From Ostrea edulis (taxonomy: Eukaryota): a DNA stretch of 64,000 nucleotides. The stretch is taken from NCBI RefSeq assembly GCF_947568905.1, contig NC_079165.1:10850001-10914000 (forward strand). Reading direction: 5' to 3'. Positions 36,385 to 49,300 of the stretch are shown in pieces. Made by a program: the position numbers and the translations under genes. Positions within the stretch are counted from its first letter, which is position 1. The number at the start of each line of letters is the position of its first letter. The notes under the pieces are model-generated. The model did no database searches. It saw only the letters and a list, made by a program, of their open reading frames with translations, and was not told the DNA's origin.

Positions 36385-37581
36385 ATGAAGTTCATGCATT
36401 TCACATCAGGTTACTTCATTTGTATTTTCTATTCTGTGTACTCCTACAATGTTACTGACGAGGACCGTCTATATAGGGACTTATTCAACAACTACAATAA
36501 AGAACTTCGTGCTGGAAATGACAGGGACTACCCACTGAACGTGTCGATGCAATTCTATCTACTTGCAATAAAAGAATTTGTGGAAGCGAGTAGCAAATTC
36601 ACGATAAATGGCGTGTTTTACACCCATTGGCGGGATGAGAGGTTATCTTGGGTTCCAGCCAAGTACAACAATATTACAAAAACATTAGTATCTCAGGATA
36701 AAGTATGGATACCAAATATAGTGAACATAAACCCTTTCAAAGAGGTATACGGACTAGGAAGTAATCTCGTCCAGGTAAATGTGGATAATGAGGGATCCTG
36801 TTTTTGGGTGACCATGCAGTCTTTTGAAGTTGTCTGTGACGCAGACGTAACGTACTATCCATTTGATAAGCAGTTTTGCGCACTTAGATTCGTTGCTTAT
36901 ACTGTCGGAGTAGACTGGCTAAATATATATTTCCCAAATTCTAAAGTCACTCTAACGAGTTATGAAGAAAGTGGGTTATGGGAAGTCGAAGACACGACCA
37001 ACTATTCTCATACAGAAGAAGGTACCACATTTGTAGTGGTCGGGCTACACCTAAAACGGAGGTCTACTTATTATATAGCGAGTCTCTTACTTCCTATGAC
37101 AGTCGTGGCCATTTTGCAGGCATTCGTTTTCCTTCTTCCCAATGATGCCGGTGAGAGGGTCGGGTTTTCCGTGACTGTTCTTCTCGCAAGCGTGGTTTTC
37201 CTGACCATCATTCAGGGGAAACTTCCCGAGGCGTCCGAACCAAATATTTCTGTTCTCGGATTTCTTTTGTTTGGATATGTGATTTTAGGAGCACTTGTTA
37301 CTCTGTGTGTGATTCTCAGTGCAAATATCCACTCGTTTAAGGAGGACACCTGTATGCCGAAATGGTTAAAAATTTTATGTTGCTTAAAAACAATCGATGC
37401 GAAAGGTCCATTTTCAACTAATATTGTGATGAATGTTGAACCACAGAAGGAGGCAAAGGAAAAAGAATGTCGATCGTGGTCTTGGAAGGATGTAGCCAAA
37501 CGATTTGACATGTTTTGCTTTATTTCCTCATTGTTTCTGTATGTACTTCAAATAATCATTTACTTTGGATTAGCAACTTGA
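36385..37581 (+). CDS. Intronless Cys-loop ligand-gated cation channel subunit (divergent nAChR-like), copy 3, 398 aa
   Basis: Colinear paralog of copy 2; Cys-loop CDADVTYYPFDKQFC; M2 GERVGFSVTVLLASVVF. Confidence 0.95.
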   Translation: MKFMHFTSGYFICIFYSVYSYNVTDEDRLYRDLFNNYNKELRAGNDRDYPLNVSMQFYLLAIKEFVEASSKFTINGVFYTHWRDERLSWVPAKYNNITKTLVSQDKVWIPNIVNINPFKEVYGLGSNLVQVNVDNEGSCFWVTMQSFEVVCDADVTYYPFDKQFCALRFVAYTVGVDWLNIYFPNSKVTLTSYEESGLWEVEDTTNYSHTEEGTTFVVVGLHLKRRSTYYIASLLLPMTVVAILQAFVFLLPNDAGERVGFSVTVLLASVVFLTIIQGKLPEASEPNISVLGFLLFGYVILGALVTLCVILSANIHSFKEDTCMPKWLKILCCLKTIDAKGPFSTNIVMNVEPQKEAKEKECRSWSWKDVAKRFDMFCFISSLFLYVLQIIIYFGLAT

Positions 37582-38416
37582 ATCCCTCTCCCACAACCTA
37601 GCGTTCTTCAGAATACAGAGTGACTTTAATCACCGTGTATGTGATAGTTGATGTACAAAATAACTGCATAAGCAGAATTTTCGTGGAGATTTAATTTTGG
37701 CATCATTTGCGGGGGTGTTGTGATCGCTAGAATTGAACATCGCTTACAATTTATTCAGTATCGTAGGTTATAGTTACCTTTCTTGGAATGATTAGCTCTC
37801 TGGGGAAAATCGCTACATTTGTGTCTCGATAAAAAATTCACTTATACGGTGTCTCCTGACGTAATTTATGAACAATACGATTTTGAAAACGGACTTTGTC
37901 TCCCCTATTAAGGAAAATCAAGACAATTGCATATTTCCAGTACTTCAATTTGATCCATGGTTGTTTCCAATGAATTTCAAGTCCAAATAAAATTAGACAA
38001 TTCCAGGCACAGTAGCATTAAGACAAAAGTGAAGGTAGACAGATGTTTTTATTTGCTATCATAAGCATATGAACTTATGATGAAGCTTTCCGTCCAATTT
38101 TCCATTTGATATACCGCCATCAAGAAGAGAATTATAATATTCATTTCTTAATTCAAGAAATATTCCCATATATAGAGACTTCACCACTGGAAGGCAAAAT
38201 GTCAAATATTTAGACCTATGCGTGGCACTAAGGTCTGTAGTAGCGAGGTTTCTTGATCGTGGCACGCCTGGTATGAAACAGAACCTCGGTTTTAAAATAC
38301 TGTCCGAAAGACCCGTGACTCTCACTTTACTTCTAAAGGCTGACTATTTGTCAAACGAACACCACCTTTTTGACGTTTTCGGTATGACGCTGAGTTTGTA
38401 TCCACATCTTTTAAAG

Positions 38417-38420
<4 letters not shown>

Positions 38421-38478
<58 letters not shown>
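38421..38478. repeat. (AG)n microsatellite
   Basis: Direct reading. Confidence 0.95.
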
Positions 38479-38479
<1 letters not shown>

Positions 38480-38744
38480 ACATGCTTGTATATCAAATCA
38501 ATTTTAATCAAAACATTGCTAAATAACAATTAAAAAGATTTCAATATTCTATGTATTATCTATGATTGTGTGGCTGTTATTTTAGATTGTGATTCAGGCA
38601 TTGGCACACTAAAGAATCCTCACTGCTACGGCCCTGAGCGCTAAGCAGAGGTCTGTATTTGTGGTACTTCACCTACATCTGCAGGTGATATCTCAATATG
38701 AGTGAAACATTCTCAACGAGACGCAAAAAAGAACCAAAAACCAG

Positions 38745-38975
38745 TGCCCCAATTAGTGGCAGGGTGTTCGCTTCGTAACCGGGAGGTCGCGAGTTCGAGT
38801 CCCGCTCGTGCCATGGTCGCGTCAAACCAAAGATATCAAAATAGGGAGAGATTGCTCCTTTGCCAAACGCTCATCATTTAGAAGAGAGAATCATTTTCTT
38901 TTTGGATATGACCTTAAAAACGAAGGTCCCATGTTGCAGCAGGCATTGGCACGTTAAAAAACCCTCACTGGTACT
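38745..38975 (+). mobile_element. tRNA-derived SINE
   Basis: tRNA-like head with GAGTTCGAGTCCC B box, followed by the family body. Confidence 0.7.
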
Positions 38976-40015
38976 CAGCTTTAGCTATCCTGAAATTAAC
39001 CATTGATCTCAAATTGGAGAACACCGAGAGATGACATGTCTTATTTAAGAATATATAAAAATTCATAAAGTTCATATCACTTTAGAATTGGAGACGAATC
39101 ATAACGTTTGTTTATATGACCAAAACAGATAGCAACAGATAGTAAAAAAACCCACCTAACTTACTTGGTTACATTGCCTTAGAAATAACATTGGAGAATC
39201 TATTGACGAGGCATTTAAGCAATGGGTACTATTTCGCCGTTTATCTGATCAAGATGTACAACTCACGACAAGTATACGTCAACAGAGGATGCTTACTCCT
39301 CCTAGGTATATATATCCAGTGGTCCGTGTTTGCCCTCAAGTTTGTATTCTTTATAGGATTTATGAGATGCTCACTGTTCGTTATCTTCACTTTTTCATTG
39401 GGTAGGCTGTGGGGTTCGTGAAGCTGAAATGACTTGTTAGTCCGCTAGCAAATTGACTGAGAGCAAGGCATAAATGGGCGTTTGTCATGGAACAATATGA
39501 CAATTTAGTCAAAGCCTTTTAGAGTATTTCATTTTCAATGGATGGTAACGTTTTATTTGATTCTATTTTGTGAGAAATTAGTAAAATCGCTAAAAATCTG
39601 TAAGCAGATTTTCTAATACGCCAAAATGTTGTAGAATCTGGATTGTCTACTTTAGTATGTTATTGCCAAAGCAACTAGATAAAGTCGTATGAGAAACTAC
39701 CCATGTATTAAATCTCAAATTTAAAATGGACCTTGTTTTGTCCAAAGGATAAACGACCCCTCAACTCAGCATTGATCGATCAAAACATGCATAGCCGCAA
39801 CGGTATTCGTACTTGTAGGTACATCAGGCTAAAGTTTGTCATGATCTGAGTGTAATCAGGTCAGAGTTTATTAGTACCGTCAGTAAATAAAATACAATTT
39901 GTAGTCTCAAGAGGTCTATGCTAATCACGAATCCCTCTCTTTCTGTTTCTCTCCTTTATAATTCATAAATGAAAAAGTGAATAGTGCAAATTTGCAATCT
40001 TTAATCAAATATAAA

Positions 40016-41931
40016 TCAATTTAACAAAAACCCAGAAAACATGGTTTTGTGACCGATTGTGTCTGCATTTGGATTACTCGTGGAGCTGACACGTACCCAT
40101 ATTGAACTTCCTGACGTCACTTCCGCAACAATCATCTCACCGCTGTTGCTATACGCGTCAGATTTGCTATCACAGTAAGTGTAGCCGATTGAGTTGCCAT
40201 CGTTCATGATTTCTATCCCCATACTTTGATGAGGTGCACATTCTACGCCAGAATAGAACACATAGAGGCCGGAGACATCAGCAGAGAAAATCCCAGTGTG
40301 CTGGTTATAGCGTGATCCAACATTGCTGAGGACCTTTTCGTAAATAAGGGTTTGTTTTGGAATAAGTGGGTCGTCTGAATACCTATAGGCTGTAAACCCA
40401 ACACGCTGTACAACGCTTCCACCCACTACAAGAAAACAAACAAACTCTCGCTGCCATATATGCTACCTCTCTACAATATATAATATCCATTTCAAGTTAG
40501 TTGTTTATTACATTTATCCATAATTGTGTGGACTTACTTAGTAGCCTTTTAACATGAGGAGTCAAAGGTCCTGCAGAAGCCTTCCCTTCAGTAGTCGAGC
40601 TCTGTTGGTCTGGTTCCCTACAAATTATAATATAGTACTATAATACAGTATTGATGCTGTGATACTAGTTATTCGTTGATAGCAGTTGATTTCTTCTTCT
40701 TTGATTCTAGATTAAAAAATAGTCTTCTCTTTATTAATCAGTGTTCTTGTATATAATAAAAAGGTGAGCACCTAACCCCAACAAAATAAACTTACTTTAC
40801 GTCCTTATTTGTTTGATATATAAAGATTACAATATTCGGGATCACATGTGCATGTCTCGTAATTTCATAGTACGAACGACAATTGAGTATTAAGGTAAGA
40901 ACAAAGCAATGAAAACAAGCACTGCGATGGTTAATTACTGAGCTGCAACGTCTTCCCATTGTAGAGAAGGGTGTTCTTGTAGAGAGGTCACCTGCTTTAG
41001 ATGAAGTGCAACGAAGTTTGATCAATGGATGGTTCATACGGTTGTAGCAATGAATACCAACGTTAACCGTAACACGGCCGGAAAACTCCATTTAAAGGTC
41101 ATATCTGAAAGACCCATGTGACTAATGACATAGCCCTCGGTGAAGGTCACGACTTATGTTAAACATCTAATGTTCGAGAATCAAACCGGGGCCTTCCGAC
41201 TGCAAAGCGAGCGCTCTAACCATTAAACTTATTCATCTGGTTACACAAGGAACCCCAACCTTGATCATCAGCGTCATACATTGGATCAAATTCGCGCCAC
41301 TTCATGCACAGCTGCTGACGTCACAATTTCACGATTCTCTACGAAAATCTAACAAAACTGTTAGCATATGTACCTATAAGCACTTCAAATAAGAGCAAAA
41401 GTTAGTGCTCTGTTGGTTCTACTAAAACATTGCCCACTGTAAATCAAGTTCATCAGATCCACTTTAGCGTGACACAATTATATGTTAAGAAAATAGTATG
41501 TGCCTTCATGGCCCTCATGTTTTATAATTGAAGGAAATACATTCCCATATGGCACATAAATGATAAGAATCCATCTCTAATCTTAATGGTGATCGTCAAC
41601 TACGAAAATAATAGGCGACAAATCACCTGTGGTACAGTTTGGTCGGCGGGGCGGTTGTCAGGGTCACGTTGTCTGATTTGTTCGAACCTGAAGTTCGATC
41701 ATCTGTGTCCTTGTGGTGACTCTGGGCTACAGTAGATCTGAGTGTCTCTAATTCACACCCCTGTGTCTTTACAATCTGCTGTAACTGAATAATCTTTTCA
41801 TTTTGTTCTTGGACCGTAGACGTCAATTCGGAGAGTTTCCTCAGAACATTTTGCAGCATAGGGTCCCCGTCAGCACAGACTCCGATTATTCCCAGAATAA
41901 GAAATAGAAATATTGAACTGTATAACGTCAT
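40016..41931 (-). CDS. Secreted coiled-coil C1q-domain-containing protein (C1qDC), 264 aa, 3 exons
   Basis: Exons 41931-41627 (signal peptide and coiled coil), 40617-40538 and 40425-40016 (VGFTAY..YNQHTGIF..GLYVF..IWVR..FSGFLL*). GT-AG junctions; phases 2 and 1 are consistent; total 795 nt. Confidence 0.92.
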
Positions 41932-42078
41932 TTTATGTGTCAGTGTAACAATGCTCAGGGATAATCATAAACACGCGTAGTACGTAGCTAGATAAGGTGG
42001 TTATCTAGTTTGATGTCGAATATACGGAAATATTTCTGAGTGTATGAATCGCCAAATTAATATCAACGCAAACAATTG

Positions 42079-43160
42079 ACAAAAGGCCCATGGACCACAT
42101 CGCTCAGCTGAGCAGCAGTTCTTGGCAATAAACAAACTTGAACAAAACTTTCATTATACAAGCAACCATCTTCGCAAGCCAGAGGTTTTCGGTCCACTCC
42201 GCCCCCACTCCGCATGTGGGGAGCGGCGTGGACCGAAAAGCCTCGGCTTACGAAGATAACAAGCAGATTGGTTCAGAAAAAGCTTGTCAAATGTAACATC
42301 TAAAACTTAATGATTTATCAAACTTAATTATTAAACTTGATTTCAGATTCATTAATTATCATATGCCCTTGTAGATAGATATGACCTTTCATATCAACAT
42401 ATTTCATCTAAGGATGCTTTGTGCCAATTGGTTTGGTTCCCATCGCATGTAAAACTTTGATTCCCTATTGCGGCTCCCACCTTAATCCCGGAGATCATGA
42501 TTTTGACACTCGGGTATATCCACTATGTCAGGAAACTTCAGTAAATTTCAACTTTTCTGGCCTAGTGGTTCTTGAGAAAATGATTGTTAAATGACCCCAC
42601 TCTATTTTTGAATTTTTGTGATTATCTCCCCTATGAATGTGTCATGGCCCTTCATTTGAAAAAATTTCAATCCCCTTCACCTAAGGATGATTTGTATCAA
42701 GTTTGATTGAAATTGACCCGGTGGTTCTTGAGAAGAAATTTTTTAATATTATATTTCTGCATGTAAAACTTTGATCCCCTATTGTGGCCCCACCCTACCT
42801 CCGGGGGTCATGATCTGAACTTTGAATCTGCTCTATATCAGGAAGTTTTCAGATAAATATCCACTCTTCTGGCCCAGTGGTTCTTGAGAAGAACTGTTTT
42901 AAAGATTTTCTTTATATAATCGCATGTATAACTTTGATCCCCTATGACGACCCCAACATACGCCCTGGGGTCATGATTTTGATAAACCTGAATCTCCACT
43001 ATATCAGGAAGCTTTTATGTAAATTTCACCTTTTTTGGTTCATTAGTTCTTGAAAAGGAAATTTTTGAATGACAACATCCTATTTTTGTGATTATCTCCT
43101 ATTTGAAGGGGACATGACCTTTCATTTGAATGCAATTGAATTCCCTTTACCCCCAAGGAC

Positions 43161-43191
<31 letters not shown>

Positions 43192-43271
43192 TGTGATTCT
43201 GGAGAAGATGAAAATGTGAAAAGTTTATGACAACGACGACGACAAAAACGTCAACAACGGACAACGGAAAG

Positions 43272-43320
<49 letters not shown>
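42079..43320 (+). mobile_element. Non-autonomous Helitron/Helentron-type element with internal about 164-bp repeats
   Basis: 5' CGCTCAGCTGAGC sub-TIR, 3' hairpin GCTCACTTGAGCC-TTC-GGCTCAGGTGAGC then an A-run; TGTA(A/T)AACTTTGAT.. at about 42447, 42762 and 42926. Confidence 0.8.
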
Positions 43321-43324
43321 GTCG

Positions 43325-44145
43325 TTAATTATTTGAAGATATAATCAATTCATTTGATGCGCTTCAATTAAAAAATATCTTCAAATAATTAATACTATTT
43401 TCAATTCTGAATTATTGCGCACATTACTTGAATTGTTGATAGGATTTCTTATTCCGCTGAATTGATAAGCGCTATAGTTGAATTGTTGATGTCAATAGTT
43501 GAATTCATACATGTACACGCTATAATTCAATTGACGAGAGCAATAGTTCAATTCATGCAAGCAATAATTCTTTTTGAGAAAGCATCTATGCTATAGATTA
43601 TCTCCCATGATCCTTATACGAATTTGGCTCCAGTTTTTTGGCACTCTAGTTTTCCTTTTAGCTCTTACAAGTTTTTAGTTATTTCGGATTTCCAATATTT
43701 CGGCTTGAGCATCACTGAAGAGACATTATTTGTCGAAATGCGCATCTGGTGCATCAAAATTGGTACCGTATAAGTTTTACATAATTAGACTAGAGATATC
43801 TTCAATTCAACATACCCTAGGCACCTGATCCCACCTCTGGTGTGTCCAGGGGTCCGTGTTTGCCCAACTATCTATTTTGTATTGCTTGTAAGAGTTATGA
43901 GATTGATCACTGTTCGTTATATTCACCTTTAATCCACAATTTAATTAAATGATCTCTTTAATTGAATCGTTGATATCTTTAAAAGAATTGATGCGCGCGC
44001 TTATTCCTTATACGTCAGCGTTGTAAATAATTAAAGATATCTTCAATTGAATTAAAGAGATCATCAAATCATTTAAATTTTGCGAGAAATAATTCTACTG
44101 CATTGATGCGTGCATCAAATCGATTATTGCTCTCATCAATTAAAA
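43325..44145. mobile_element. Degraded relative of the 9371-10396 element, carrying retrozyme and Penelope insertions
   Basis: Shared blocks such as AATTCATTTGATGCGC and GTAAATAATTAAAGATATCTTCAATTGAATTAAAGAGATCATC; termini lost. Confidence 0.65.
43595..43782 (+). mobile_element. Partial retrozyme-like element with hammerhead-like core (43715-43755)
   Basis: Core identical to 50989-51029. Confidence 0.65.
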
Positions 44146-45294
44146 TGATCGATTTGCTTGACAACTGCATAAACGAGTAAGTTACAGCCTTTAGTGTAAT
44201 GTAATTATATAATTACAGTATATATCTATTTCATTTTTCAGAGCTGATAACGTTACAATGTACACATTTAAGTCGACTTGTTACAAAGATAGGATTTATA
44301 TAATCGATACACATCACTAACCAAATTTAAAGCCAGTTGTTGCTACATGGATACTCTAAAACTTCAACGTGTACACACAAAAAATATTTTGACTTTTTCA
44401 AATGTTTAGAAATATCGTTATTCCATATCTAGACAGGCTAGACGTGCTGTATTTTAAAAGTACACTAAATTTATTTTCTTATACCAATAAAGATTTTAGA
44501 AAGCATAATATAATTATTTACAGTTCATTCACACAAGTAGGAATATATCGTCTGGGAAAAAAAGATCCGTAATTGTTGAAACGTTTGTGAAATTTGATGA
44601 TCAAACATTAACATATTCATATTTTACTATTTGATTTATGTAATAAACAACTGAGTGATACACCAAATAATAACAAACAATAAACACCTTCACATTAGAT
44701 CTATCAAAAGTGAAAGTAACGAACGAGCTACGATTTTCGTCTAGTAGCTAGACCCCTGCCTAATTGACTGTATACTGCGCATACGTATTTGATGTTGTTG
44801 AAACAGTGTTGTGGTAGACGTAGATCCTATTAGAGCCAGAGGGAAACAGAGTTTATCGAAGCGTAACCTTTTGAGCACCAATTAAGAAATTAAGTTCATT
44901 AACTAATCCGAAGGCTAGATTATGGATGAATCTACTTAAAATTAGGTGTTAGATCCGCTCACATACTCGGGGATCGAACATCCAATTTTAATTCGATTGG
45001 ATTATTGATGTTAATTAGATTAGAATTATCATGAATTAACACAGATTGACAATTATAGCGGATTAACAAAGGTAGTGCTGTTTATTCTTTGTGCGTTATT
45101 GAAAAGTTAAATACACTGTAGATGTTCAATATACCGCATGTAAGACGAAGAACAACCGCTAGCTTTCAAAGGGATTTATTCTTGTCTATCATGATTATAT
45201 ACACATAGAAAAGACACAAAACACTAAATATGGTATATCAAAATCAAATTTAAAAAAAAAATACAAAATACACATACTCGCTACAAATCAATTT

Positions 45295-45298
<4 letters not shown>

Positions 45299-45347
<49 letters not shown>
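45299..45347. repeat. (CT)n microsatellite
   Basis: Direct reading. Confidence 0.95.
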
Positions 45348-45350
<3 letters not shown>

Positions 45351-45440
45351 TTAAATACTGTCTGTGTGTAAAATCGATTTCTCAATAGATTAAAGCCAAT
45401 ATAATATACACAGGTTCACAGTTTCTATACATCCTCTGTT

Positions 45441-46289
45441 TTATCCAAGTTTCAGCAGACCTGCAAACAAAAGCGCTCCTCCTACCACTGTCACTGTAAT
45501 GTAGAAATAAATAAAGAGATAAAAATAAGTCTGATCCAGAGAGATGTATTCAAATCTTTGAAGTTAGAATTTCATAGGATTAACATTTGACTGAAAAGTA
45601 TGTGTTTTTATAAAAGAATTACCTATGTCTTTGGAAATTCCATGAAATCCTAATCGGTCTAATAACCCTGGCTCCCTATATCCAAACATAGAGTTAACAC
45701 CGGACCCAAAAATAGAGTTAAAACCGGACCCAAAAGCCCCAGAGATGGGGGCCCGCATCGGATGGTATCCCCATAATCCGTTTCCATATCCACCCAGTGG
45801 ACTGTTATATCCATACATTTGATACACGTTATAGTGGCCGCCATATTGATATAAAGGATTGATCGGATAACCATACAGGTTTTGGTAGGGCTGAAGTAAA
45901 GCGTGAGGATGGAGGTAGGAGATACTTTGAAGCCCGTATCTCTGTGGAAGTGCAAAGCCCATCATTTTATACAGCCCATTTCCAAGGAGTGAATACATGT
46001 CTTGACCCATAAACCCGTATCCCAGGTTCTGTGGCAATACGATTCCAACACGCGGATAAGAAGAGACTCCATATCCGGATCCCCGAATTCCGTTTGCATA
46101 CGTTCCAGAATATGTCGTTCCATAGGAATTTCCTGTGGGAAGGTATGACTGTCCCGATAAACCACTTCCGTAAGATTTTTGGCCAGAATACTGTTTCGTC
46201 CCTTGACTCCATTGGTAATCGTTTGCTTGACTTAGTGTTAAGAATGAAGAAGAAATGCAGACGGTAATAAGAACTGAAGTGAAACCCAT
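45441..46289 (-). CDS. Secreted Gly/Tyr/Ser-rich low-complexity protein with hydrophobic C-terminal tail, about 239 aa (shell/periostracum matrix-like)
   Basis: Exon 46289-45623 (signal peptide MGFTSVLITVCISSSFLTLSQA, YG-rich body) spliced in phase 1 to exon 45493-45441 (VTVVGGALLFAGLLKLG*). The unspliced ORF would end at 45564. Confidence 0.8.
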
Positions 46290-46387
46290 TCTAATCTCAG
46301 AGACAAGTTAAATATATGTCTATTTACTACAGCCAATGCTATCGGTTTTTGACGAATATCTGAGTTAGTACAAGATTCAGACTAGCG

Positions 46388-46395
46388 TTTATATA
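46388..46395 (-). promoter_or_regulatory. Candidate TATA box for the Gly/Tyr-rich gene
   Basis: TATATAAA on the minus strand about 100 nt upstream of the ATG. Confidence 0.45.
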
Positions 46396-49300
46396 CATCG
46401 GAATGTTTATATGTGTAACGAGGATGACTGTATCTTTTTGCGGAAGAAAACTGGAGTATTGACGAAATTAGTCATTTTTACGCCTGAATCGACCAATGCA
46501 CAATGACGGTCGAGACTATAAACGGTCATCAATGACGCCACTAGGTATCACGTCCTCTCCCATTAGCCATGACCACCGTTGAACATCGTATAACACGAAG
46601 TTACTCGAAGTTATGTTCCCCGATGATCGCCCAGGACGTATTACCGCGTGATGTTTCGCAATAGAAGGAAGTAGTTCCCTCTACACGGCAGTGTATTGAC
46701 ATAAATTGTCGTCAAAATTTCAGGTAGAATCGAATGACTAATATCTTGATAGATATCTATTTGTACCGAATTACATTGTGGGTATACAAAGATCACATAA
46801 GTATACTAAACTACAAAATTGCAAAACATTATGCATCTTACATGTATATTAATGCGCCTTTTCTATAGTATACATTGTATATATTTACAGTGCATCCACC
46901 TGTCAATAGAATGTTAATATTAATTTCTTTGACTGACTTTTAAAGTTTTGAGGGAAACAACATTTTAATCAATCGTCTGGAAAAAGTATTGAATTAAATC
47001 CACGAAGGAAAATGTCTCGGTAAAGTTTATGCTAAGAAAAAGAGGACATTAGAAAGAATTCTCATACTTTTCAATTTTTTTGTCATTATATTCATCGGAT
47101 TCCGCATCAGCTTGGGGTTTAGGATGGATTCTAGACTAAAGCGATGCTCCCGCTATACGACAGCAGGGATGTCGATATGTCTGAAAGACACCTCTCGTAT
47201 ATTTATTTTATAGAAACACCAAAACATAAAAAGATATTACGAAGTTGGTGCAGAAGACAGAGACAGATCCAGAAAAAGTTTCAAAGGGTTGGTATTACGA
47301 CCCAAGTTTGTACTCTTTCCTCTCGCTAAAAAAAAAGGGGGGGGGGGAGGCAATTTATTTGTTAAAAATGTTCAACCAAAGGGAATTGCAACTCCCATAC
47401 CCCTCTCTTGATTCGCCACTGGATGTAGATCATTTATTATGGGCCAGCACGAGCCGGCCCATTCTATGATGTAAGCTGGAAAAGTCGCATGCGTTTCTGC
47501 AGGACAGGTGTCTGTTACCTAGGACGTGTTCTAATAAAGAATAATGTGTTCTATATTTCTATTTATTTATCTTTTTTATCATATTTTTAAAAAGGCCAAC
47601 TTTGCCTGTAATAATAGCGGAAATAGAAAATTGTCGAAAACGTGTGGAGATAATTCCTACCCCCACCCCCTAATGCTACGTAACTCAATCAATGCATGTC
47701 GAGTTGTTTAATGTATTTAAGTTGATTTAAAGAAAACATTATTTTCAAAATATTGAATCGCACGAGAAAAGAACACACACCAAAAAAACCCACCCCCCCC
47801 CTCCCAAAAAAAAACCCCAACCCAAAACCCAGATTCCAACAGAAAGATTACATCAGATACGGATTCAATATACATGTACATGTAATCAACATTGTCCAGG
47901 CGCGGATCTAGAATATTTCCAAGGGGCAGAACCAGAGGATTAAGTTGTTGATATCATGATATATATTTTATGTATTTTTTTATCGTCTGCATGGGGTTTT
48001 ATAGGTTAGCTACAATGTACATGTACCAAATAAAGACACTTTATAAAAAAGAATTTTAAATGACAAACGAATTTACAACGTTTATTGCTAAGAGGTGTGA
48101 TCAAAAGTTCAATGTCTGACAAAAATACTAAATTCACATATTTCTCATTAACATCCCACCCCTTTTAAACTACATTAAATGACTGTTGAAAATGATAATA
48201 ATCAGTGTGTGAAAATCGAATCGGATGACATAAACTTACAGGAGTTTTTATACCCCCCCTTCCCCAACTATTCAAATTTAGATTTTTATCCTACAATCAA
48301 TGCGATGCAGTAATAATATTCCTGGAAAATATAGATTCCATACCCTGATATTTCTCTCGTTCTCTCTGTTTTAAAACAAATCAAGGGGGGGGGGGTGCAA
48401 CCTTTGTACCCCCCCCCCCCGTCCCCCACTAGTAATGTTAATGCGTTGGTTCTACATGTAGTTTTTGCATATCGAATTGTGTTTTGGTCGTCAAAAATAT
48501 CAAACTTGACAGTGAAGAATTGAGTTATGCTTAAGATACATGTATCCTGATCCTGATCTGAGTGAGTAGATGACTAATATTTACAAAATTTGTTTCCTCA
48601 TGCCCGCGAAAAAAATCACACAATGGACACATAAATAAAATCTGTGACTAAAATTATTTTGCAGTCATATTAGCTTTCATTAACAACTGGCACTTAAGGA
48701 AGTTAGCTCCTGAGCTTTTGAGCAAAACTGCGCAGAATGCTACAGCTAAGTATTTAGTGGTTCTACTGATCCCATTGGTGCACACATATTACACATCTAT
48801 TACTAAACTCTATCCAGTTGAAAATTTTTGTGTCAATTAATCCCATTTAGATGTCTTTTTATTCAAATATAAGAATTTTTACCACGTAATATTACAGAAA
48901 CTGCCAAGATCACAGAAATTTTCACGTACAACGTCAAGAAAAAGAAATCATGCATATTATTTAGTCGAGGCGAAGTATATCAATTGATCGGACAAACGTA
49001 TTTTTGTATCGATCGATCGGACAAGCAATTGTGTATAGCCTGCTGTTGACTTGGGTATTGCGAATGAAGTTAAAATCTTATATAAGACTAGTTGCATTAT
49101 TCAGCTACCAATAAATTGTTACTTCTTATATAATTAGCTATTCTTTTTACTTAGTCCGTTCATCTCCGGATTTGATCAAAATTTCTCTTTTACCAGCGCG
49201 TTGTAATTTTCTCGTGCTTTTAAACAAATTAAAGGGATTCTTTTGAACACCTTTTCTGAAAATGTTTAGTTCTTACACTTCCCAATTTTTTTCCGGCCCA

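Noticed and set aside
45659-46267. Overlapping alternative-frame and antisense ORFs over the Gly/Tyr gene (likewise over the receptor and Gly-rich genes)
   Set aside because: Shadow ORFs of real coding sequence with biased composition.
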